64,000 nt of DNA, from NCBI GenBank assembly GCA_965219455.1, contig OZ244744.1, positions 4,384,001 through 4,448,000 on the forward strand. Direction: 5' to 3'. Position numbers and translations under genes: made by a program. This document shows positions 20,621 through 29,976 of the stretch, piece after piece. Origin of the DNA: Candidatus Latescibacterota bacterium (GTDB lineage: Bacteria > Latescibacterota > UBA2968 > GCA-2709665). Numbering within the stretch: position 1 is the first letter of the stretch; every line of letters begins with the position of its first letter. The notes below the pieces were generated by a model. That model searched no databases, was not told the origin of the DNA, and saw only the letters and a list, made by a program, of their open reading frames with translations.

Positions 20621-20954
20621 CTAAAGCCAGGAGCGCGCGGTCCGGCGACCAGGCCACGTCGCGCACGTCTCCTTTGCCCAGCCGCACGAGCGCTCCTTCG
20701 GGCAGCCCCCAGCGAAGGTAATCCTGTGCGTAGGCGAACTGTGCAAACAAGACAGCCGTCAAAATGAGAGTGACGCTCAAAATCGTTTGCCTTTTCATCT
20801 GAATACCCCTCCCGGACAATGATTAACTGGGGCTGTGATAAACAATGATTGGACGGATTAACTGCAATTGATGTGATCTTGATGATGGACTGGAGTGTGA
20901 GATGGATTCGCGGAGAGACCTGGCGCGACCTGTTTCTGACAGGGCGGGTTCGCC

Positions 20955-23150
20955 TCACGTACCCCGGCCGAAGCTGCGTGCAAAGATCACGAAATCGTTG
21001 AACTCGACGGCGCCGTTGCCGTCCAGATCGAAGCGCGCGTCAAACCCGGCGTCGTCCTGGTTACGCCCGAACTGCGCCGCGAATTGTAGAAAGTCGGGAA
21101 AACCCACGGCCCCGTCGCCGTCGAAGTCGGCGGTAAGGGATTGAGGTGCGACATACGGCGACATATCCCACAACAGAATCGTCTGGTCGTGACTGCCGGT
21201 TGCCAGGGTCTGGCCATCCGGCGAAAATGCCATTGACACGAGATACCATGTATGTCCGGTGAGGGTGCCTTTTACATGCCACGTGGCCGCGTCCCACAGT
21301 AGCATCCTATTGTGGGGGCTGGCGCTTACCAGAGTTGTCCCATCCGGCGAGAACGCCAACGACTCGACAGTCCGCGTATGTTCCGTGAGGGTGATTTTCT
21401 CCTGCCCAGTGCCTACGTCCCACAATCGCACCGTACGGTCTCGACTGCCGCTTGCCAGCGTCAGCCCATCCGGCGAAAACGCCACCGAATAGACCCCATC
21501 GGTATGTCCTGTGAGGGTGTGTATCTCCTGCGCCGTTGCCACGTCCCACAGCCGCACCGTATTGTCGTAACTGCCGCTTGCCAGTGTCATCCCATCCGGC
21601 GAAAACGCCACCGAAAAGACCACGTCGGTATGTCCCGCAAGGGTGCTTTTCTCCTGCCCAGTGTCTACGTCCCACAACCGCACCGTTTTGTCACCACTGC
21701 CGCTTGCCAGCGATGTCCCGTCCGGGGAAAACGCCACGGGTCCGACCCCGCCGGAGTGTCCTGTAAGGGTGCTTTTTTGCTGCCCAGTGTCTACGTCCCA
21801 CAACCGCACCGTTTTGTCACCACTGCCGCTTGCCAGCGATGTCCCGTCCGGGGAAAACGCCGCCGACCAGACCACACTCGTGTGCCCTGTGAGGACGTCC
21901 ATTTCCTCTCCTGTTTCCACATTCCACAGCCGCACGGTACGGTCATTACCGCCGCTTGCCAGCGTCGTCCCATCCGGCGAAAACACGACCGAAAAGACAT
22001 ACGACGCATGTCCCACGCCCTTGATACTGGTCTTTTCCTGCCCGGTGTCCGCGTCCCACAGAAGCACCGTTTCGTCACCGCTGCGGCTTGCCAGCGTCGT
22101 CCCGTCCGGCGAAAACGCCACCGACAGGACACTGGACGTATGTCCTGTGAGGGTACTTTTTCCCTGCCCTGTGTTCACGTCCCACAGCCGCACGGTACTG
22201 TCCCGGCTGGCGCTCGCCAGCGTGGTTCCATCCCGCGAAAACGCCACCGAATAGACCCTATGCGTATGTCCTGTGAGGGTGCTTTTTTCCTGCCCTGTGT
22301 TCACGTCCCACAGCCGCACGGTACTGTCCCGGCTGGCGCTCGCCAGCGTGGTTCCATCCCGCGAAAACGCCACCGAATAGACCCTATGCGTATGTCCTGT
22401 GAGCGTGTTTCTTTCCTGTCCTGTGGCTACGTCCCACAACCGCACCGTACTATCAGAACTGGCGCTTGCCAGCGTGGTTCCATCCGTGGAAAACACCACC
22501 GGTCCGACCGCACGGGTATGTCCTGTGAGGGCGCTTTTTTCCTGTCCGTTAGCCACGTCCCACAGCCGCACCGTGTTGTCACTGCTGCCGCTCGCCAGGG
22601 TGGTTCCATCCGGCGAAAACGCCACCGAATTGACATTCCTCGTATGTCCTTCGAGGCTGCTTTTTTCCTGTCCGGTTGCCACGTCCCACAGCCGCACAGG
22701 TGGCAAGGGACCTGAATAACCGCCGGTTGCCAGTGTGTTCCCATCCGGCGAAAATGCTACCGAAGTTACAGACCCAAAATGCGCCTTGAGGACGTATTTT
22801 TCCTGTCCCGTGGCCACGTCCCATAACCGCGCCGTTCCGTCGTGACCGGCGCTTGCCAGCGTGGTTCCATCCCGCGAAAACACCACCGCATTGACTCTCC
22901 TCGTATGGCCCGTGAGCAGTGAAACCTCGGCCCCCGTGCGGGCATCGTAGAGCCAGATGCCCACGGTACCCCCAACGGCCAGGCGCGTGCCGTCCGGCGA
23001 CCACGCCACGTCCAGCACGCTTCCTTTGCCCAGCCGCAGCAGGGCGCCTTCGGGCAGTCCCCAGCGAAGGTAATCCTGTGCGACGCTGCCCTGTGCAAAC
23101 AACACAGTGATCGAAAAAGAAATGAGGCAAGAAATCGTTGACCTTTTCAT
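20955..23150 (-). CDS. Secreted WD40-repeat protein (15 blades) with dockerin/EF-hand-like tail, copy 7
   Basis: Same architecture; two near-identical adjacent blade pairs. Confidence 0.92.
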   Translation of the reverse strand: MKRSTISCLISFSITVLFAQGSVAQDYLRWGLPEGALLRLGKGSVLDVAWSPDGTRLAVGGTVGIWLYDARTGAEVSLLTGHTRRVNAVVFSRDGTTLASAGHDGTARLWDVATGQEKYVLKAHFGSVTSVAFSPDGNTLATGGYSGPLPPVRLWDVATGQEKSSLEGHTRNVNSVAFSPDGTTLASGSSDNTVRLWDVANGQEKSALTGHTRAVGPVVFSTDGTTLASASSDSTVRLWDVATGQERNTLTGHTHRVYSVAFSRDGTTLASASRDSTVRLWDVNTGQEKSTLTGHTHRVYSVAFSRDGTTLASASRDSTVRLWDVNTGQGKSTLTGHTSSVLSVAFSPDGTTLASRSGDETVLLWDADTGQEKTSIKGVGHASYVFSVVFSPDGTTLASGGNDRTVRLWNVETGEEMDVLTGHTSVVWSAAFSPDGTSLASGSGDKTVRLWDVDTGQQKSTLTGHSGGVGPVAFSPDGTSLASGSGDKTVRLWDVDTGQEKSTLAGHTDVVFSVAFSPDGMTLASGSYDNTVRLWDVATAQEIHTLTGHTDGVYSVAFSPDGLTLASGSRDRTVRLWDVGTGQEKITLTEHTRTVESLAFSPDGTTLVSASPHNRMLLWDAATWHVKGTLTGHTWYLVSMAFSPDGQTLATGSHDQTILLWDMSPYVAPQSLTADFDGDGAVGFPDFLQFAAQFGRNQDDAGFDARFDLDGNGAVEFNDFVIFARSFGRGT

Positions 23151-23687
23151 CTGAATATCCCCCCGGTCTAAGATTGACTGTGATTAACAATGATTGACTA
23201 TGATTAAACCCAAACGGAAAGACTGTGACTGATGTGACTATCGTCAGGACTTGGTGCGAGTGATTTAGATATGGAGAGATCTGGTGTAAATCGTTCGGTG
23301 GCATTGCTCTCCCGCTCACACAGTGCAACGTTTCATTTCAGCACTTGCTCCGAGCCGTAGTCTCTCATGTAGGGGTACTGCGGCCAGGCGTTTAACAATG
23401 TGGATTCCAATATCACCTCCTTCCGAACACGGACAGGTCCGTGACCGGCATTAACCACATGTACACGATCATCACGTTAAAGTAGACGTACGACGGACAT
23501 ACGTTTAACGGTATGTTTTCCAATATCACCTCCTTCGCAGACGCGGTCAGATTGGGTGATCGATGGATAGTTAAAACAGAAGTCTCTCAAGGTTTCAACT
23601 CTCATGCCGGGAACCGGACCGACGGGGATGGATTCCCTTCAGTAAAGCAGTTTTGGCCCGACCTGTTTCTGACAGGGCGCCTGCGCC

Positions 23688-25264
23688 TCACCCACCTCGG
23701 CCGTAGCTTTGTATGAAGATCGTCCAATCGCCGTACCAGACGATACCGTCTCCGTTTAGATCAAAGCGCGCGTCATATTCCGCATCTTCCCAACTCCGTC
23801 CGAACATTGCCGCGAATAGCAGAAAATCGAGAAAGTCCACGGATCCGTCGCCGTCGAAGTCGGCAGCGTGGGTTAATGGTTCGGCACCCGGCGAGACATC
23901 CCACAGCAGAATCGTACCGTCGTAACTGCCGCTTGCCAGCGTTTTCCATCCGGCGAAAACACCGCCGAATTAATCGGATCGGTATGCCCCGTGAGGGCGC
24001 GTATATCCCGCCCTGTGGCCAGGTCCCACAACCACACCGCCTTGAACGGACTGCAGGTTGCCAGTGTCATCCCATCCGGCGAAAAAGCCACCGACCTGAC
24101 CGCGCGGGTATGTCCTGCGTAGGTGCGTATTTCCTGCCCTGTAGTCACGTCCCACAACCGGACCGTACGGTCACCACTGGCACTTGCCAGCGTCATCCCG
24201 TCAGGAGAATACAAAGCCGAAAGGACGCTGGAGGTATGCCCTTTGAGGGTGAGGGTACTTGTTTTCTGCCCCGTTTCCACGTCCCACGACCTGACCGTAT
24301 TGTCGATACTGCGGCTTGCCAGGCTCATCCCGTCCTGCGAATAAGCAACCGACTGAACTCTGGACTCATGCCCTGTGAGGGTGTGAATCTCCTGCCCTGT
24401 GGCCGCGTCCCACACCCGCACGGTACTGTCCCGGCTGGCGCTTGCAAGCGTCGCTCCATCGGGCGAAAACACCACCGAATACACCCAATGGGTATGCCCG
24501 TCCAGGGTGGACTTTTCCTGTCCCGTTTCCACGTCCCACAACCGCACCGTATTGTCCAGACTCCCACTGGCCAGCGTCATTCCGTCCGGCGAAAAAGCCA
24601 CCGACCAGACCTCATGGGTATGTGCTGTGAGCGTGTGTTCTTCCTGCCCTGAGTTCACGTCCCACAACCGCACGGTACTGTCCCGGCTGGCGCTTGCCAG
24701 CGTCAGACCATCGGGTGAAAACACCACCGACACGACCCAGGGGTTATTCAACCTACCCCGGTACTCTTCATTGACGAGGGTGCTTCTCTCCTGCCCTGTT
24801 TCCACGTCCCACACCCGCACCGTGCCGTCGCGACTGCCGCTTGCCAGCGTCGTCCCATCCGGCGAGAATGCCACCGCCTCAACGTCGTACCTGTGTCCCG
24901 TGAGGATGCTTTTTTCCTGTCCGGTTGCGACGTCCCACAACCGCACCGTATCGTCCCGGCTGCCACTTGCCAGCGTCAGACCATCGGGCGAAAATGCAAC
25001 CGCATTGACTCTGAACGCATGTCCTGTGATCAGAGAAACTTCCGCCCCTGTCTGGGTATCATAGAGCCAAATGCCCGCAGTGCCCCCCGCGGCCAGCAGA
25101 GCGCCGTCCGGCGACCAGGCTGTGGCGCGCACGTCTCCTTTGCCGAGACGCATGCGGGCGCCTTCGGGCAGGCTCCAGCGAAGGTAATCCTGCGCGCGGC
25201 TGTCCTGTGTAAACCAGACAGCCGTCAAAAGAAGAATGAGGCTCGAAACCGTTAGCTTTTTCAT
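23688..25264 (-). pseudogene. WD40/dockerin-like copy 8; only about 10 blades and frameshifted in last blade
   Basis: Frame shifts near 23942 (SPDG-KRWQ...); dockerin-like tail continues in another frame to TGA at 23688. Confidence 0.85.
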
Positions 25265-25425
25265 CTGAATGCCCCTCCCGGACTAAGATTGACTGGGACT
25301 TCAATTTACTATGATTAGACGGCATGAAGAGACTGTGATTGATGTGATTCTGATGACGTCCTGAAGCGAGAGATGGACTCGTGAAGAGACCTGGCGCGAC
25401 CTGTTTCCGACACCGTTTATTCGCC

Positions 25426-27498
25426 TCAGGTACCCCGGCCGTAGCTTTTTCTGAATGTCCACCAATCGCGAGACCCAACGGTACCGTCGCCGTCCAGATC
25501 GAAGCGCGCGTCATATCCCGCATCTCCCCAGCTCAGTCCGTACTTTGCGACGAATTGCAGAAAGTCTGAAAAGCCCACGGACCCGTCGCCATCGAAGTCG
25601 GCAGCAAGGGGTTGCAGCGCGTCACGTGACGAGACATCCCACAGCAGGATCGTACCGTCGTAACTGGCGCTTGCCAGCGTTCTGCCATCCGGCGAAAACA
25701 CCACCGACCTGACCGGATCGGTATGTCCTGTGAGGGTGCGTATATCCTGTCCCGTGGCCACGTCCCACAACCACACCGCCTTGAACGGACTACAGGTTGC
25801 CAGCGTCATCCCATCCGGCGAGAACGCCACCGACCAGAAATTATCGCCGCCTGTGAGGGCGCGTAAATGCTGACCTGTGGCCGCGTCCCACAACCGCACC
25901 GTACCGGCACCATCCGCGCTTGCAAGCGTCGCACCATCGGGCGAAAAAACCACCCCATGGATCCCACGGGTATGTCCTGTGAGGCTGTTTTTCTCCTGCC
26001 CTGTGGCCGCGTCCCACAATCGCACCGTATTGTCGAAACTGGCGCTTGCAAGCGTCGATCCATCGGGCGAAAACGCTACCGACGTGACTGTCGCCGTATG
26101 TCCTGTGAGGGTGTTTTTCTCGTGCCCTGTGCCCACGTCCCACAACAGCAACGCATTGTCCGAACCACCGCTTGCCAGCGTCATCCCATCCGGCGAAAAC
26201 GCCACCGGTGCGCCCGAACCGGTATGTCCTGTGAGCGTGTGTTTTTCCCGACCGGTGCCCACGTCCCACAACACCACTGGACGGCCTCCGCTTGCCAGCG
26301 TCGTCCCATCCGGCGAGAACGCCACCGACGCGATCCCACGGGAATGTCCTGTGAGGGTGTTTATCTCATGCCCTGCGGCCGCGTCCCACAACTGGACCGT
26401 GGGATCGTTACCACCGCTTGCCAACATCGTCCCATCGGGCGAATACACAACCGACAGGACGAGAGTGGTATGCCCGGTGAGGGTGAGGGCGCCTTTCTCC
26501 TGCCCGGTTTCCACCTCCCACAGCCGTACCGTATTGTCGACACTGCGGCTTGCCAGGGTCATCCCGTCCTGCGAATACGCAACCGACCGGACGCTGGACG
26601 TATGTCCTGTGAGGGTGTTTATCTCATGCCCTGTGGCCGCGTCCCACATCCGCACGGTACTGTCCCGACTGGCACTTGCCAGCGTCGATCCATCGGGCGA
26701 ATACACCACCGAATACACCCGATGGGTATGTCCTTCCAGGATGCTCCTTTCCTGTCCCGTTTCCACGTTCCACAACCGCACCGTACTGTCCAGACTTGCA
26801 CTTGCCAGCGTCATCCCATCGGGCGAAAATGCCACCGACCAGACCCGATGGGTATGTCCGGCGAGCGTGTGTTTTTCCTGCCCGGTGGCCACGTCCCACA
26901 CCCGCACCGTAGAGTCGTTTCCGGCGCTTGCCAGCGTCATCCCATCGGGCGAAAATGCCACCGAATAGACCCAGGGCCTATTCCCCAAATCTCGGTACTT
27001 TTCATTCACGAGGGTATGTTCTTCTCGCCCGGTGGCCACGTCCCACACCCGCACCGTACCGTCGCGACTGCCGCTTGCCAGGGTCGTTCCATCCGGCGAG
27101 AATGACACCGCCTGGACATCGTAGGTATGTCCCGTAAGGATACTTTTTTCCCGCCCGGATTCCACGTCCCAGAACCGCACCGTATGGTCCCGACTGCCAC
27201 TCGCCAGCGTCAGACCGTCGGGCGAAAACGCAACTGCATTGACCCTGAACGAATGTCCTGTGATCAGGGAAACTTCCGCTCCGGTGCCGCCATCGTAGAG
27301 CCAGATGCCTGCCGTGCCCCCCGCGGCCAGGCGCGTGCCGTCCGGCGACCAGGCTGTGGCGCGCACGTCTCCTTTGCCCAGACGCATGAGGGCGCCTTCG
27401 GGCAAGCTCCAGCGATTGTAGTCCTGTGCACAGATGTCCTGTGCAAACCAGACAGCCGTCAAAAGAAGAATCAGGCTCGAAACCGTTGGCTTTTTCAT
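25426..27498 (-). CDS. Secreted WD40-repeat protein with dockerin/EF-hand-like tail, copy 9
   Basis: Same architecture; closely similar to copy 4. Confidence 0.92.
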   Translation of the reverse strand: MKKPTVSSLILLLTAVWFAQDICAQDYNRWSLPEGALMRLGKGDVRATAWSPDGTRLAAGGTAGIWLYDGGTGAEVSLITGHSFRVNAVAFSPDGLTLASGSRDHTVRFWDVESGREKSILTGHTYDVQAVSFSPDGTTLASGSRDGTVRVWDVATGREEHTLVNEKYRDLGNRPWVYSVAFSPDGMTLASAGNDSTVRVWDVATGQEKHTLAGHTHRVWSVAFSPDGMTLASASLDSTVRLWNVETGQERSILEGHTHRVYSVVYSPDGSTLASASRDSTVRMWDAATGHEINTLTGHTSSVRSVAYSQDGMTLASRSVDNTVRLWEVETGQEKGALTLTGHTTLVLSVVYSPDGTMLASGGNDPTVQLWDAAAGHEINTLTGHSRGIASVAFSPDGTTLASGGRPVVLWDVGTGREKHTLTGHTGSGAPVAFSPDGMTLASGGSDNALLLWDVGTGHEKNTLTGHTATVTSVAFSPDGSTLASASFDNTVRLWDAATGQEKNSLTGHTRGIHGVVFSPDGATLASADGAGTVRLWDAATGQHLRALTGGDNFWSVAFSPDGMTLATCSPFKAVWLWDVATGQDIRTLTGHTDPVRSVVFSPDGRTLASASYDGTILLWDVSSRDALQPLAADFDGDGSVGFSDFLQFVAKYGLSWGDAGYDARFDLDGDGTVGSRDWWTFRKSYGRGT

Positions 27499-27853
27499 CT
27501 ATACCCCCCGGACTATGATTAAATATTATTACGGTGATTAACTATGATTAAACCACATGAAGAGACTGTGATTGATGTGGTCTTTGTGATGACCTGGAGC
27601 GAGTGATCAAGATATGTAGAGACATGGTGTGAAGCGTTCAGCGGCATTGCTTGACCGCTTCCATTGCGCAACGTGTCAGTTCAGCACTTGCTCCGAGCCG
27701 TAGTTTCTCACGTAGAAGTACATCGACAAATCGTTTAGCGACGTGGTTTCCAATATCATCTCCTTTCCGAACGCGTGCAGGTCTGTGAAAGGCGTCAAAC
27801 AGATGTTCAGCCGATCGCCCGGCGCGACCTCATTCAAACACCGCGCCGGCGCC

Positions 27854-29920
27854 TCATCCACCCTGGCCGAAGCTGCGTGCAAAGATCACAAAATCGCCGA
27901 ACTCGACGGTCCCGTCGCCGTTCAGGTCGAAACGTGCGTCATACCCGGCGTCTCCCTGGCTCAGCCCGACCTGCGCCGCGAATTGCAGAAAGTCGGGAAA
28001 ACCCACGGTCCCGTCGCCGTCGAAGTCCGCAGTAACGGGTTGAGGTGCGACATATGGCGACATATCCCACAGCAGAATCGTGCCGTCGTGACTTCCGCTT
28101 GCAAGCATCGTCCCATCCGGAGAAAACACCATCGAAGTGACGTTGTCCGTATGTCCTGTCAGGCTGTGTTTTTGCTGTCCAGTCTCCACGTCCCACAACC
28201 GCACCGTATGGTCCCACTTGGTGCTTGTCAGCATCGTCCCATCCGGCGAAAACGCTATACTGGACCCGCCGGTAGCCGCCCGCGTGAGGGTGTTTTCTTC
28301 CTGCCCTGTGGCCGCGTCCCAAAAGCGCACCGTACTATGACCGGCGCTTGCCAGCGTCGTCCCATCAGGTGAAAACACCACCGAATAGACCCCACCGGTA
28401 TGCCCTGTGAAGGTGCCTTTTTCCTGCCCTGTGGCCGCGTCCCACAACCGCACGGTACTGTCCCGACTGGCGCTTGCCAGGGTCCTCCCGTCCGGCGAAA
28501 ACGCCACCGAACCGACGGACCGCGTATGTCCTGTGAGGGTGTGTATTTCCTGCCCTGTGGCTAGGTCCCACAGCCGCACCGTACTGTCGTAACTGGCGCT
28601 TGCCAGCGTCGTTCCATCCGGCGAAATCGCCACCGAATAGACGGACCGCCTATGACCTGTGAGGGTGTGTATTTCCTGCCCTGTGGCCAGGTCCCACAGC
28701 CGCACCGTACTGTCCCAACCGCCGCTTGCGAGCGTCGTCCCATCAGGTGAAAACGCCACCGAATAGACGGACCACCTATGACCTGTGAGGATGTTTTTTC
28801 CCTGCCCTGTGGCCGCGTCCCACAGCCGCACCGTTGGAATATTACCGCCGCTTGCCAGCGTCGTCCCATGCGGCGAGAACGCCACTGACCTGACAGCCCC
28901 CGAATGACCAGTGATGGAGTGTTTTTTCTGTCCCGTAGCCACGTTCCAGAACAGTATTGTACGGTCAGTACTGAGGCTTGTCAGCGTCGTACCATGCGGT
29001 GAGAACGCCACCGAATAGACCGCACCGGTATGTCCTGTGAAGGTGCCTTTTTCCTGCCCTGTGGCCGCGTCCCACAACCGCACGGTACTGTCCCCACTGG
29101 CGCTAGCCAGCGTCGTCCCATCCGGCGAAAACGCCACCGAATAGACGGACCGCCTATGACCTGTGAGGATGTTTTTTCCCTGCCCTGTGGCCGCGTCCCA
29201 CAACCGCACCGTACTATCGTAACTGGCGCTTGCCAGCGTCGTCCCATCTGGCGAAAACGCCACCGAACCGACGGACCGCGTATGTCCTGTGAGGATGTTT
29301 TTTCCCTGCCCTGTGGCTACGTCCCAAAGGCGCGCGGTACTGTCCTGACTAGCGCTAGCCAGCGTCGCTCCATCCGGCGAAAACGCCACCAACATGACAG
29401 TTTGAGTATGTCCTTTGAGGATATGTTTTTCCTGCCCTGTGGCCACGTCCCACAACCGCACCGGGTTGTAGTTTGGCCAAATGTCATCACCGGCGCTTGC
29501 CAACATCGTCCCATCCGGCGAAAACGCCACCGAACGGACCTCATAGGTATGTCCTGTGAGGGTGTGTATCTCCTGGCCCGTGGCCACATCCCATAACCGC
29601 ACCGTATTGTCCCGACTTCCGCTAGCCAGCGTCGTCCCATCCGGCGAAAACGCCACCGAATAGACTCTATGCGTATGGCCGGAGAGCAGGTTGACTTCGG
29701 CGCCGGTTGTTGCATCGTAGAGCCAGATGCCAATGTGGGCTGCAACAGCCACCCGCGTCCCGTCTGGCGACCAGGCCACGGCATGCGCGTATCCCTTGCC
29801 CAGCCGTAGAAGGGCCCCTTCGGGCAGTCCCCAGCGAGTGAAATCCTGCGCGTGGCTGTTCTGTGCAAACAAGACAGACGTCGACAAAAGAATCAGGCTC
29901 GAAATCGTAGACCTTTTCAT
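27854..29920 (-). CDS. Secreted WD40-repeat protein with dockerin/EF-hand-like tail, copy 10
   Basis: Same architecture; several internally homogenised blades (GHTRSVGS x2, GHRRSVYS x2). Confidence 0.92.
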   Translation of the reverse strand: MKRSTISSLILLSTSVLFAQNSHAQDFTRWGLPEGALLRLGKGYAHAVAWSPDGTRVAVAAHIGIWLYDATTGAEVNLLSGHTHRVYSVAFSPDGTTLASGSRDNTVRLWDVATGQEIHTLTGHTYEVRSVAFSPDGTMLASAGDDIWPNYNPVRLWDVATGQEKHILKGHTQTVMLVAFSPDGATLASASQDSTARLWDVATGQGKNILTGHTRSVGSVAFSPDGTTLASASYDSTVRLWDAATGQGKNILTGHRRSVYSVAFSPDGTTLASASGDSTVRLWDAATGQEKGTFTGHTGAVYSVAFSPHGTTLTSLSTDRTILFWNVATGQKKHSITGHSGAVRSVAFSPHGTTLASGGNIPTVRLWDAATGQGKNILTGHRWSVYSVAFSPDGTTLASGGWDSTVRLWDLATGQEIHTLTGHRRSVYSVAISPDGTTLASASYDSTVRLWDLATGQEIHTLTGHTRSVGSVAFSPDGRTLASASRDSTVRLWDAATGQEKGTFTGHTGGVYSVVFSPDGTTLASAGHSTVRFWDAATGQEENTLTRAATGGSSIAFSPDGTMLTSTKWDHTVRLWDVETGQQKHSLTGHTDNVTSMVFSPDGTMLASGSHDGTILLWDMSPYVAPQPVTADFDGDGTVGFPDFLQFAAQVGLSQGDAGYDARFDLNGDGTVEFGDFVIFARSFGQGG

Positions 29921-29976
29921 CCGGCTATCCTCCCCGGCCTATGCACGCCTTTACCTGCATTGCTCAGCTGACCGCC

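Larger units (their letters stand above)
17158..20798 (-). pseudogene. WD40/dockerin-like copy 6, split by mobile element and carrying a nonsense codon
   Basis: 5' part 20624-20798 (MKRQTILS...DRALLAL) rejoins 3' part at 18917 (GGSVGIWLYD); TGG>TAG at 18511-18513 in VRLW motif; rest open to 17158. Confidence 0.9.
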
